A stretch of 64,000 bases of DNA from the NCBI GenBank assembly GCA_964016885.1, contig OZ024740.1, positions 125,922,001 through 125,986,000 of the forward strand. Direction: 5' to 3'. The notes beneath the pieces are model-generated. The model had not been told where the DNA came from. It did no database searches and was given only the letters and a program-made list of their open reading frames with translations. This document shows, in pieces, positions 12,135 through 24,585 of the stretch. The first letter of the stretch is position 1; each line of letters starts with the position of its first letter. The stretch is from Eledone cirrhosa (taxonomy: Eukaryota). Position numbers and translations under genes: made by a program.

Positions 12135-13925
12135 ATGAACAGGGGAAATAAACACAAAGGGAATACCGAAATGGCAGAGACAGCTATAGAACAAAATTAC
12201 AGAGTTGAGGAGAGATGTCTCTCATGTCCAAAATAGATAAGGGAACTGACATCAATCCTTAAAAGTGTACTGGGCTGAGGAAGAAATACAAGGCCAACCT
12301 GGAAGCAGACTGGAAAGAAATTGCTGAATCAATCAAGCAAAAGATAAAGACAAAGACACAAAGACTAAGAAGATGCAAAAAAGAGCCAACTTCTTTAAAC
12401 AAAACGAAATCTTTGCCGAAGATGCCAAAATATTTTACAGAGAGTTAGGTAAGAAAAATATTGCTTGATGAGGTTGAACACTTTTGGGCAAATATCTGGG
12501 AAAAAGCTAAAGACCACAACTCCAATGCCACATGAATGGAACAAATAGAAATCCCTGCTTGCACCCAGGAATGGAATGAGATCACCTCACAAGAAATAAA
12601 AACAGTAGTCAGCAATATTGGAAACTGGAAATCACTAGGCAGAGACGGCTTGTAGAATTTCTAGCTGAAACATCTGGATGTGCTCCATGAAGCCTTGGCC
12701 GCTGAATTCTCCAGGATTGTAGCAACCCAAGAGATTTCTCAAAGTGGATGATGCTGGCACAATGTATCTTCTACTGAAAGATGAATGCACAGAAAATCCA
12801 AAAAATTTACAGACCAATGACATGTCTCCCAACGATTTTCAAAGCCCTTACATCAGTAATTACCAACAGGGTCTACAGTTACCTTGTCTGTGGACATCTA
12901 TTGCCACCCAAACAAAGAGGCTGTAAATGAGAGAGTTATGGGTGCAAAGATAAATTACTTATAAATAGACAGATAACAGAAAACTGCAAACAGAAAAACA
13001 AAAACCTGTCAATGGCCTGGATAGACTACAAGAAGGCATTCAACATCATGGATCATGAAGACACTAGAAATGTATCACATAGTACCTGAGATCATAACTT
13101 TCCTGAAGGCAATGATGACAGATTGGAAAACTATGATGGTCATTCAACACCACAATGGACTACTGGAATCTAGACAGATCAAGATTAATTGTGGAATATT
13201 CCAAGGCAATTCATTGTCTCCTTTGCTATTATGTTACTGTGGAGGACAGACTATGGATATAAAATAGCAACAGACACTACAGTCACCTTCTTTATATGAA
13301 TTAGATAGCTACCTCTATCACACCCAAGATGAACTTCTTAAGCCTGTACTAAAGCATGAATGAATTAAGAAACTACACTCAATAACAAAAGAGGCAAGAA
13401 ATTTACGCAAAAACTGAACATGGAACAAGACATACGCATAGAAAATCAACAACAAAGTGCTGCACAGCTAGCTATGACTGTGAAGATCAAAAAAATTCTA
13501 AACTGAGGAATTAAACCATGAATGGAAGGCAAAACCCCTACATGGTAGATTCCCAGAATGACTTTTTGGCAATGATATCGATCAGCATGTCTCACTATCC
13601 TGGCTCAGAAGTGTTGGTTTGAGAGCAATGACTGAGGGACTCTTAGGTGCTGCGCAAGACCAATATCTAAACACTCAAGCCTATTGACATAGAATAGCAA
13701 AAGATGGGACTAGCCTTCTATGCAGAATAAGCTATAAACATGAAGAAATGGTAGATCATATTATTTCCAGGTGTCCAGAGCTGGCAAAAACTGACTGTAT
13801 AGAAAGACACAACCGCATTGCCAAATATGTACACTGGATGCTCTGCCACTCTCATGACATCCAAACTTTTGACAAATAGTATGAACATCAACTAAAAACA
13901 GTCATGGAAAAGGGCAACATATCTA
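12135..13925 (+). mobile_element. R4/Dong-like LINE RT-to-Zn-finger fragment, heavily decayed
   Basis: WIDYKKAFN, GIFQGNSLSPLL, KPLHGRF, TEGLLGAAQDQ, CR...EMVDHIISRCPELA...RHN. Confidence 0.75.
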
Positions 13926-14616
13926 AATGTTAGATATCTGCTATCAAGCCCTTCGGAGCTGTCTCTAGATGGGATTGTGGAGCCAGTTCCGTCATTTGGG
14001 GCTTGATACGAACAGATGTATTTGTGTTGTAGTTGCTGCTGCTATTGTTGCAACTCTGATTATCATTGTTGGTGATGCTGCTCTCTTTGTTGCTGTGAAT
14101 GCTGTTGTCGTTGTTGTTGCTGTTGCTGTAGTTTTAGCTGTTGCTGTTGTTGCTGCCACTGTTGGTGAATTTGCTGCTTTCATCGACTTTGCCTATGTTA
14201 CTGCTGCTGTTGTTGTTGTTGGCGAATGTGGCCAGTTGTCTGTAGTTGTAGTGGTGATGCTCTTGTCAACGTTTAGATTCAAATACGAGTTGCTACTATG
14301 TGACAGTTGACTGGAAGAGGAGAAGTATGTTGCCTCCATTATTTTTACAGAATACTTGTCAGCATGAAAATGGGGAAAATAAAGTTCAAATATTTGGGTC
14401 TCTGGCTCAAATATTATGTGGTTTTCCCTTCTTGAGAGACAGGAACTATATCTTATGACCCCTTTCAAACAAAACTAATTCAACAAATAAAATAATGGTT
14501 TAAACAACTTAAAACAACAAACTTACAGAAGCTGATATTAATACACCTGTCATGAATGAGAATCAAAATAATAGTAATAGTATTATTATTGTTATTATTA
14601 TTATTATTATTATGAG

Positions 14617-14789
14617 GGCAGTGGATTGGAAGTATAGAGTTACGGCTCTTTATGATCTGAGTTCAAATCTCGCCGAGGTTAACTTTGCCTTTCATCCTTA
14701 TGGGGTCGATAAAATAAAGTACCAGTAATGCACTGGGTATTTGCTGGCCTTGTGCCTAAAGTAGAAATAATAATTATTATTATTATTAT
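14617..14789 (+). mobile_element. SINE family A (internal deletion in head) inserted in (ATT)n
   Basis: Same B-box, body and tail as the 3908 copy. Confidence 0.82.
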
Positions 14790-14791
14790 CA

Positions 14792-14962
14792 CACTGTAAA
14801 CGTGGTTGGTGTTAGGAAGGGCATCCAGACGTAGAAAACCCGCCAGACAGTCCTATACAAGCAAGACAACCAATCTTGCCTCAAGTGGGAAAATTCCCGT
14901 CCAAACCCATGCAAGCGTGGAAGATGGACGTTAAACGATGATGATGATGATGATGATGATGA
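14792..14962 (+). mobile_element. RTE 3'-end fragment with (GAT)n tail
   Basis: GGTTGGTGTTAGGAAGGGCATCCAG...GGACGTTAAACGATGATG matches 24295-24460. Confidence 0.75.
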
Positions 14963-15140
14963 CCCTTAGATTCTCCTCACCTTTGGGAAATTTGTTGTTT
15001 GTTTTAAATGTTTATTTTCTTAGTCTCTGTTATACATTTTATTTTACACAAAGAAAACCCACACTGTATCGTCCTGTATCATCTTTAATGTTACCTTAAA
15101 GTGAGTCCTATGTGGCTAATAAAGAAATTATTATTATTGT
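14963..15140 (+). mobile_element. Probable L1/Tx1 3' end
   Basis: GTGGCTAATAAAGA is shared with the 3' end of the Tx1-like fragment at 61465-61995 (minus); followed by (ATT)n. Confidence 0.5.
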
Positions 15141-15285
15141 TGTTGTTGTTGTTGTTGTTGTTGTTTTTGTTATTATCAATGAATTATTGGCTCAAACATA
15201 ATTACAACTGTGAACTAAAACTATGAACTCAGTTCCTATTCATGCAAATCTTACTTTCAAAACTTAGACCACAGGTACATTCATA

Positions 15286-15334
<49 letters not shown>
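15286..15334. repeat. (TAC)n microsatellite; others include (AAT)n 15882-15935, (TA)n 24461-24535, (CA)n 40429-40490 and (GA)n 62993-63041
   Basis: Direct reading. Confidence 0.95.
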
Positions 15335-15335
<1 letters not shown>

Positions 15336-15879
15336 AAGAAACTGTCAGCTTATCTAGACTTAATGTTTCAATATTCAGTATTTCAATTTAACAAGCTCAA
15401 TAATTCAACAGATTCCAGTAAACAAGAGAAATAGTTTTTCTTAAGCTATAAATGAAAGCCTTCCCATGAAATTCTGAAAATATTTCTGTTATACTGTTGT
15501 GTCTAGAATTTTCACCATGGCATGGCACTGAGATTCCATACGTAGAGTGGTACTGTGAATTTAGATAAACATTGAAATAGATTTTCAATGCTTCATTTTG
15601 TATTGTAATATATTGGTGAAAAATAATCATGATATAGTCATGAAAGAATGTTGCGATTATGTATACATGTGCGTGTTTGTGTATGGTTTTTATATGTGAG
15701 TTTCTATATAAATTTATATATATATATATGTGTGTGTGTGTGTATGTGTGAGTATGTATGTATAACATATTTACACATAGATATGCATATACACAAATGA
15801 CAATGATTATAATTATGATGGTGAAATGGAGTTGAATATCTGGTACTGAAAGTAATGGCAATAATGATGAAAATGAAAG

Positions 15880-15920
<41 letters not shown>

Positions 15921-16022
15921 GTAATAATAATAATAAAAAGAATAATAATTATATATATGTAAATAAATCAATAACTTCACTCCTGTGAAGTAACTTATTA
16001 ATTCTGAACGCAATTCATTCAC

Positions 16023-16064
16023 CTTTTCTATACCAGTATTTGAGCAGTGTTCCAAATATATAAC
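16023..16064 (-). other. Candidate 42-nt exon of an unidentified minus-strand host transcript
   Basis: TATTATTATAG|GTTATA...GAAAAG|GTGAAT; open as VIYLEHCSNTGIEK (phase 0) or GYIFGTLLKYWYRK (phase 1). Splice sites are only moderate. Confidence 0.25.
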
Positions 16065-16379
16065 CTATAATAATATTTAGAAATAATTTTAAAGCAAAAT
16101 AAACAATATATTACAAGATTAAGGTTTTGGTAAGAACCATTAAAGTAATAGAGTATCAATGGTCAAGCTATAGTTGTGTTGAGTGTAGTTTTATATGGTC
16201 TTTTAAGTTGCAAGTTCAATTCTTACTGAGATCAATTTGACTTTTTCTTTATTTTCATCTTTGCACAACCTATAAAATATAGTGTAATGCTGTGGTTGAT
16301 TTAATCAAATATACGCCTGTCGCTTCAATAATTAGTCCTCAAAATATCCGGCCTGTTACAACCTGTTAGGCAACTGTAG

Positions 16380-17430
16380 ATAAAAAAATATTCAGTGCTG
16401 CAGATGAAGAGCCAGGAAGTTCTGACATTTGGAAAACTCATTTTGAGAAGCAACTCATATACAATGAGAATGCTTTAAAAAGAGTTAGACCAAATGATAG
16501 AAGGAAAATGTGATGAATACTTTCGATTTAAGGGTAAAGAAGTAGAATGCACCATTAAACAGATAAGAAACCAAAAGTTACCAGGAATAAAGAGGATAAC
16601 CTCAGAAGTTTTAAGAAAAGGTGGTAACATGATGGTGAAAATTTTGTCACAATTGCTCAATGATATCATTAAAATAGGGAAAGATTGGTAAAAAATGATG
16701 GTAACACAAAAAAGAAACAAATGGACCCTGAAAATTACAGAGCAGTTGCACTCTTCTCAATTCTTGGCAAAATCTTCTGCAAACCTGCAAGCCATTAATC
16801 AATAGATGCTTAGCAAAAATCAAAAATTCAATGAGCAAATCCAAATGTCTTTAGTCCAGGAAAAAAATCCCCCAATGTGATCTTCATTGTAAGAAAAATA
16901 ATTGAGAAAGTGAAGAAACACAAGATCCCAGTACATTTCCACTTCATAGATTTCAAATTTGTATTTCAACCCCATATGGAGGGAAGAATTATAGAAAATG
17001 TTATTAAAAATAGGAGTTGTCTTGATTACAAAGAAAATGTATGATGCTATGCAATTCAGTTCTTATTGAAGGGCAATTAACTGATTGGTTCCCACTGAAA
17101 ATTGGCATTAGATAAGGATGCATAATGTATCCAAGTCTCTTCAATATTTACCTAGATATTATGATAAAGGAAATCAAAAGTCTAGACCAAAACTGATAAC
17201 TTAAGAAGATATAGCTATAAATATCAAATATACAGATGGCACTATTCATGTAAGTACTATTTTTGAAAAGTCCAAGCTTTCTACAGCCAATCACGAAATA
17301 GGGTGTCAAAAATAGGGATTGAAAATATTAACCTGCAGAAATGCACAATATTGATGTCAAATCCTAATAAAGAACTAAAAATACACAACCAAAACATTTC
17401 CAAAGTGACAGAGTTGAAATTCCTATAGAG
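16380..17430 (+). mobile_element. Old RTE-like LINE RT fragment
   Basis: KLPGIKRITSEVLRKGG, DPENYRAVALFSILGK, FIDFK, GIR*GCIMYPSLFNIYL remnants. Confidence 0.65.
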
Positions 17431-17889
17431 TATAAATGAAATCAGTATTTAACCAAAGCAATGAGAGGTACATCTCATTTATATACATTTCCAAACTCAA
17501 CAGAGATTATTGAGTCTGTTTTATTGTGGCACCTGCACTAGGGAGGTTGTTGTGCCCTTACAACTAAACACAGCTGAAGGATGACAGCTGTATTAAAAGG
17601 TGCAGAGTGCTCAAAGTCGATGAGTGGGGAGATCCAGGAAGACTTGGGATAAGGTGAAATTAACATCTTAACTGCATTTCTATAATTAAGTGTGAGTGCG
17701 TGTGTGCATGTGTATGTGTCTGTGTGTAATATATGGTGGGTGAGAGAGAAGGATTGGTAGAAAAAAAAATATATATAGTTAGATAGATATAGATATGAAA
17801 ACATACATTTATATGCAAACTTTTTCAATGTAAGCATAATCCATAGATATCCTCAAATATCCCTAAATACATGCAGGTTGAAATCATAA

Positions 17890-20015
17890 AAGAACAGAGA
17901 CTTAATTATAGAGAATATAAGTTGAAAGTTTTATAAAATTTGAGCGTAATATACTTTGAGAAAATCTTTGAGAAAGTTTTTTGAAAGATTTGCAGAAAAT
18001 ATTGCGATAAATTTTGATGAAATGTTTTCGAAAACATTTCCTTCGAGGAAAACGTTTGAGAAAACCTTTCTAAAAAAAATCTAATGAGAGTTTCGAGAAA
18101 CATTTGGAAGAATTTTAATGTGAAATGTGAAATATTTGAGGAAACATTTCAAATTTCTGAAAGAAAATTGAAGAATACTTTTGGTGAAATTTTTCCATAA
18201 AAAAATTTGAAAGAAATTATTTTGTGAAAACGCCTAAGAAAATGGTTGATAAAATTTGGTGTATAACCTTCGAAAATTATTTTACAATGTTTCAGAGAGT
18301 ATATGTTGAAAGTAGTATCTCGATTAAATTTCGATGAAAGTATTTGTGAAAACATTTCAGAAAAACTTTGATGAAGTTTGGAGGAAAATCTTAGAAAACT
18401 ATTTTTTTAAATGTTTGAATGTTTTATAAACTTTTGCGTAAAACTTTTCCAAAAGTTTTATCAAAATTATTCAGAAAATATTTCTCAAAATATTGCGACA
18501 AATTTTGATGAAATGTTTTCGAAATCAATTCGATAAGCCATTTAAGAAAACTTTGAGAAAACATTTCTAAAGAATTTTGATGAAACTTTGGGAAAAGTTT
18601 CCTAATATTTTGAGGGAAATGTTTGAAATTATTGATAATTATTTGAGGATTATGTTGAGGAAACGCTTTAAATTTTTGAAAATATTTTGAGGATGACATT
18701 TAGTGAAATTTTAATGAAACTCTTTCTAAATATTTTCATTAAAAAATTTTAAGACAATATTTGTGAAATCATTTCAGAAAATGTTGATTAAACTTGGTGT
18801 AAAATCTTCTAAAAATATTGTTTTAAATGTTTGAGTGAATATATGTTGAAAGTTTTATAAAATTTCTGCGTAATTCTTTTCGGAAACTTTAAGGAAATGT
18901 TTTAGAAAAGTTATTGAAATATGAGACTAAAATTTTGCGAGAAATTTTGATGAAATCGTATCGAAAACATTTCCATAAAACTTTAAAGGAACGTTCGAGA
19001 ACAAGTCTTGAGAAAACCATTCTGAAAAATCTTAATAAAAGTTTTGGGAAAAGTTTCGAAAAATTTTGAGAGAAATGTTTAAAAAAAACTTTCAAATATA
19101 TTTGCGTAATATATTTGAGGAAAACTTTTGGTGAAATTTTGATGTGAAATTTTGTGTGAAATTTTGTTGAAATCTTTTCTAAAACATTTTCAGAAACAAT
19201 TTGATGAAATTTTGTGTAAAATCTCAGTGAACTATTCTTTAAATGTTTGAAAGAATATATATAGAAAGTTTATGACATTTCGAGAAACATTTTTGAAACT
19301 TTTGCAGAAATTATGCGACAAAGTTTGATAAAATTCTTTCGAAGATATTTCTATAAAACTTCACAGAATCGTTCGAGGAAACTTTTGGAGAAAACTTTTC
19401 TGAAGAATTTTGATGAAATCTTAGTGAAAAGTTTCGAAGAATTTAAGAGAGAAATGTTTTAAATTATTCAAAAATATTTGAAGAATGTGTTGAGGAAACG
19501 CTTTGAATATTTGGTGGAAAATTTGGATGAAAACTTTTCGAATAAGAGTTCGAAGAAAACTTTTGTGAAAACATTTCAGAAAAAGTTTGATGAAACTTTA
19601 GTAAAATCTTAATAACATATTTTTAAATGTTTGAAAGAATATATGTTGAAGGTTTTATAAAATGTTGGCGTAATGTTTTTCGTAAACTTTGCAGAAAAGT
19701 TTGAGAAAAGTTTTGAAACATTGGCAGAAACTTTTGCAAGATATTTTCAAGAAAGTTTTTCGAAAACATTTTCAAAACGTTAAATGAACTTTTGAGAAAA
19801 CGTTTCTGAAAAAATTTAATGAAATTTTGGGAAAAGTTTCGAAGTATATTGATAGAAATGTTTGAAAAAGCTTTTTAATATATTTGCAAAATACATTTGG
19901 GAAACACTATACATTTTGGAAAATATTTTGAAGATAACTTTTGGTGGAATATTTTAGGGAAAATGTTAATGTGAAATTTTGTGTAAAAATTTGATGTAAA
20001 TTTTTTAAAACTTTA
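17890..20015. repeat. Degenerate AT-rich satellite-like array (about 5 higher-order units of ~385-540 bp)
   Basis: Anchor GAATATATGTTGAAAGTTTTATAAAAT-like motif at ~17913, 18298, 18838, 19253 and 19637; built from short GAAAA/TTTT(C)GA sub-motifs. Confidence 0.7.
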
Positions 20016-20205
20016 TGACACCATGACTGGGTAGACCACAAAACATGGGAGTATTCCATGCATAGGAAGAAGCAGAGTGGGTATACCGGTAGTAAAACCT
20101 TAAATGTGACGCTTGGTGATTTCAGCTTTTATTCGGCAACTATATATTGGCTTGCCGAATACAAGCCAAAATTGCTAGGCTTCAGAGTCAGGTCTTGACC
20201 TTCTA

Positions 20206-20277
<72 letters not shown>

Positions 20278-21752
20278 ATGCATGTTTATTTCTCTCTATC
20301 ACTCTCTCTTTCTCTCTTTCTCTCTTTCTCTCTCTCTGTGTGCAAGTGTATATACCAATTATTTTAAATGTCATATTTAAGTAATTTATAAAGTCATTTA
20401 TAAAGTCATTTATAAAGACAGTTGCTTATGTACCCCATAAACAATATGTTCTGCAGGGTAGCAGTTCCTTAAGCGTCAGCAACGCATTCAATACTAAAGT
20501 TAGGGTTAGTGTAGAAAATCTATTTCAAAAGATCTTATCCAAATTATGCAAGCATGGGAAAAATGAACATAAAAATGACGATCATGATAATGATGGTGTT
20601 GATGATTACTCCAATTCACATGTAGAAAATTAGAGATGAATAGAATTTAAAATGAAAACTATTTATTGTGAAATATGTCATAGTTTATATAGATAATATG
20701 GAAATGTAGGATGAAAGATAGTATGTGTAAATGAGGAATGGTCAGTAATTTGAGGATATAAGATAGAAATGCATAAGAGATTGCATGTGAGGATGGTTAG
20801 GTTATTGATGCAATGGAAAATAGCAGTAAAAGAAAATTAACTTGTTGTTTGTTTACTTCCAAAGGCATTTTTGTTCCAAAGGTCACGCATTAGCCTTTTC
20901 TCTTCCGACAAACTAATTAAAATAAAATGTTTGCGTTAGGTTAAAGTTGTTGTTTATCCCAGTTCATCTCTGTTCAATCAGACCTATGATTGTAGGCGTA
21001 CTTTCTGTGACAATCCCAATTTTGGTGGGTAATTACATTATAAACAAAAATATGCATAAAATAACAAATACATGCATTCTTACATAGATGAATACCCATA
21101 AACAATTGTATAAAATTATACATATTCAATGAATTACTGACATACAAAAATACAAAAATACATACTTATACATATTTAGATATATATGTAGGTTCATTGA
21201 AAAACAGGGAAATTGGTAGCTAATGGTTATTTACCATAGTGGTTAAAACACTCACACAGCATCTGAAATATGTTGAGCTCAATTTTTCATAGGCATCTCA
21301 GTATATTTGCTGTAAAGTATGTGAAATATAAGGTTTCATATCTCTTGCTTTTTTTTTTGTAATGGTAAGGACATAAAGGGAACAAAACTGAATTTGAAAG
21401 ATTGATTTGGTAGTAAGAGAGGTAGCTAAAAAAGAGTTATAATGTGAAAATATGTCTTGAAGGATCAGAAAATTGGACAGGAATGTAAATACATTTGATA
21501 CAATAGAATACATATAGTCATGTTGATGATCATCATCATTTGATACCCACTTTCCATGCTGGAACGTGTTAGATGTGTTGTTACAGTTGAAGTCAGCACT
21601 TATTTGAAGTTACTGTTTTTGGTTATTTAAACAAAATTCATGCAGAGAAATAAATAGACAGATGGCTAGCCAGAGCATATCGTAACTCTCTCTCACTATA
21701 TATATATATATAAATAGACGGATAACATAACTCTCTCTCTATACATATATAT

Positions 21753-21920
21753 ATATCACAGAAAAAAGAGAATCAGTGTTGCGACGAAAGGAATTTATTG
21801 GACATATTACAATTGTTTCTCAGGCGACCAGCTCGAGGCACAATCGATGTGGTGATCAACCCTGACTCTGAAATCGCGCGGTCCTCGGATACGTCTCAAT
21901 TCTATGAAGCAGATTTTCCT
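21753..21920 (-). repeat. Inverted-repeat arm A (168 bp), hammerhead-like / Penelope pLTR-like
   Basis: Reverse complement of 24586-24753, with about 12 mismatches, mostly CpG transitions. Confidence 0.9.
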
Positions 21921-24153
21921 ATTCCAGCATAATATACATACATATATCAACGCCTACGACAGTAAAGAAGAACAGATAGAGACATTTAACGTAGAAGAGA
22001 ACTGGGAGTTCCTAAAAAATAACTTACTAGAGGCGACGGATGAGGTTTGTGGCTGGAGTAAGACCTCAAGCAGGAGGAGAGTGACTTGGTGGTGGAACAA
22101 TAAGGTAGATGAAGCAGTCAAGGCCAAGAGACAGGCATGGAAAGAATGGAAGAACGGGGGGAGCAGGGTACATTACATAGAGACCAAGAGGGAAGCTAGG
22201 CGACAAGTATACTTAGCTAGGAGGGAAGCAGAGGATAGAAAATTCAAGCATGTTTTACAACGTGAGGACCAGAAACAGGAAGTATTCAAGATTGCGAGGC
22301 AGTGTGTCAGAGATAGTTGTGATGTCATTGGAGAGAAGTGTATCCGGAATGATAAAGGTGAGCTTGCCCTCACAAGTGCTGAGAAGAAAGATGCATGGAA
22401 GAGTCATTATGATAGATTACTAAATGAGGAGAATGCATGGGAAGAAGAGACCCTACCCCACGTAGACCCTATAGAGGGACCAGCAGTACAAGTCAGCGGC
22501 AGCGTAGTAAGTAAGGCAATCAGAGATATGAAGATAGGGAAGGCAACCGGTCCATCGGGTATAGCTGCCGAGATGCTGAAGGCATCTGGGTCTGTAGGTC
22601 ACACTATAACCACACGTATCGTTAACCAGGTAATACTAGAGGGGGCCATACCAAAAGATTGGTGCAGTAGCATCATTGTCAACTGCTACAAAGGTAAAGG
22701 CGATGCACTAGATAGAGGAAACTATAGAGGTATAAAGTTGATGGACCAGGTCATGAAAGTAACAGAAAGAGTTATAGCACAGCTGATTAGGGACCGGGTG
22801 AATATAGACGAGATGCAATTTGGGTTTGTACCAGGGAAAGGCACCACTGATGCCCTCTTCCTTGTGAGGCAATTACAGGAAAAGTACCTAGCTAAAAGTA
22901 AGCCACTCTACTTGGCATTTGTCGACCTTGAGAAAGCCTTTGACAGAGTTCCACGTGCAGTAATCTGGTGGGCTCTTAGAAAACTAGGAGTAGATGAATG
23001 GCTTGTGAAAGCGGTACAAGCCATGTATAGGGGAGCAGTCAGCAAAGTTAGGATTGGCAATGAGTATAGCGAGGAATTTAGCGTACAGGTTGGGGTCCAC
23101 CAGGGCTCTGTTCTTAGCCCTCTCCTGTTCATCATAGTCCTGCAGGCAATAACGGAGGAGTTTAAGACCGGATGCCCATGGGAACTCCTGTATGCTGATG
23201 ACCTCGCACTCATAGCTGAATCTATGGTAGAACTAGAGAATAAATTCCAAACCTGGAAGCAGGGACTAGAGAGAAAGGGCCTCAAAGTCAACATGACAAA
23301 GACTAAGGTCCTTATAAGTAGACGAGAAAACAGAACCCAGATCCCCTCAGGGAAATGGCCTTGCTCAGTATGTAGGAAAGGTGTAGGTAGGAACTCCATT
23401 CTCTGCCCCAAATGCAAACAATGGGTACACAAGAGATGTAGCGGGATCTCAGGAAGCTTAATTAAGAATGTAGGATTCACATGCAGCAGCTGTGCTGAAA
23501 CAGCAAGCAAACAGCCACAGGAAACAAGTACCACCAATCTCTGGGAGGGCCCTGTAGAAACAGTAGACAGCTTCTGCTACCTAGGTGACCGAATTAGCAA
23601 CGGAGGTGGGTGCTCAGAAAGTACAATAACTAGGGTAAGAACGGGATGGAAGAAGTTTAGGGAACTACTACCACTGCTAGCTGCAAAAGGCTTCTCCCTC
23701 AGAATGAAAGGCAGACTGTATGATGCGTGTATCCGAACAGCGATGTTGCATGGTAGTGAGACCTGGGCGCTGAAGGTGGAAGACTTACGTAGATTAGAGA
23801 GAAACGAAGCCTGCATGCTCCGATGGATGTGTAACAGTAATATACGTGAACGACAAAGCATAAAGGAATTGAGAGAGAGACTGAGCATAAGAGGAATCAA
23901 ATGCTGCGTGCAGGAGAGGCGGTTACGCTGGTATGGACATGTGATGCGTATGAAGGATGACAGCTGCATAAAAAGGTGCAGAGCACTAGAAGTTGATGGA
24001 AACCGCGGAGTGGGGAGACCCAAGATGACTTGGGATGAGGTGATAAAAGCCGACCTTACCCAACTACACCTCTCAAAGTCAATGACACACGACCGTGACT
24101 TCTGGCGTCACGCAGTAATACAGGGTACCCGACCTCCCATGGGTACATGCTGA
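21904..24153 (+). CDS. RTE-clade reverse transcriptase ORF (749 aa, 5'-truncated, lacks APE) with an embedded PHD finger
   Basis: Uninterrupted ORF: GKATGPSGI, NYRGIKLM, QFGFVPGKGTTDA, FVDLEKAFDRV, GVHQGSVLSPLLF, LLYADDL, FCYLG, LHGSETW, RLRWYGHV, GRPKMTW. Confidence 0.92.
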   Translation: MKQIFLFQHNIHTYINAYDSKEEQIETFNVEENWEFLKNNLLEATDEVCGWSKTSSRRRVTWWWNNKVDEAVKAKRQAWKEWKNGGSRVHYIETKREARRQVYLARREAEDRKFKHVLQREDQKQEVFKIARQCVRDSCDVIGEKCIRNDKGELALTSAEKKDAWKSHYDRLLNEENAWEEETLPHVDPIEGPAVQVSGSVVSKAIRDMKIGKATGPSGIAAEMLKASGSVGHTITTRIVNQVILEGAIPKDWCSSIIVNCYKGKGDALDRGNYRGIKLMDQVMKVTERVIAQLIRDRVNIDEMQFGFVPGKGTTDALFLVRQLQEKYLAKSKPLYLAFVDLEKAFDRVPRAVIWWALRKLGVDEWLVKAVQAMYRGAVSKVRIGNEYSEEFSVQVGVHQGSVLSPLLFIIVLQAITEEFKTGCPWELLYADDLALIAESMVELENKFQTWKQGLERKGLKVNMTKTKVLISRRENRTQIPSGKWPCSVCRKGVGRNSILCPKCKQWVHKRCSGISGSLIKNVGFTCSSCAETASKQPQETSTTNLWEGPVETVDSFCYLGDRISNGGGCSESTITRVRTGWKKFRELLPLLAAKGFSLRMKGRLYDACIRTAMLHGSETWALKVEDLRRLERNEACMLRWMCNSNIRERQSIKELRERLSIRGIKCCVQERRLRWYGHVMRMKDDSCIKRCRALEVDGNRGVGRPKMTWDEVIKADLTQLHLSKSMTHDRDFWRHAVIQGTRPPMGTC

Positions 24154-24458
24154 AGCATATAAACAATATGCCCCCCCCCCCCCCCCACCGCAAGGTGGTC
24201 GTGGAGGTGCCACGGCAAAAAAGCACCCAGCCCACACTGTAAAGTGGACGTGTAGGCGCCACGAAAAAGCACCCAGCACTCACTGTAAATGAGGTTGGTG
24301 TTAGGAAGGGCATCCAGCTGTAGAAATCAAGCCAGATCAGTTCCTGTATGAGCAAGGCATGGTAAGCCGACCAGACACTGCCCACAACAGGACAACCCGT
24401 CTAACCCATGCTAGCGTGGAAGAACGGACGTAAAACGGTGATGATGATGATGTGATGA

Positions 24459-24460
<2 letters not shown>
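21945..24460 (+). mobile_element. Young 5'-truncated RTE LINE with 3' UTR and (GAT)n tail
   Basis: Open RT ORF, 3' UTR with two ~47-bp AAAAAGCACCCAGC units, tail GATGATGATG at 24439-24460. Confidence 0.9.
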
Positions 24461-24539
<79 letters not shown>

Positions 24540-24585
24540 ATATACATACACGGACAGGGTAGTAGGGGAGGTATGGTTACTGCTA

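Noticed and set aside
22908-24023. Long antisense ORFs (209 and 148 aa)
   Set aside because: They are shadow frames of the RTE ORF with no motifs.
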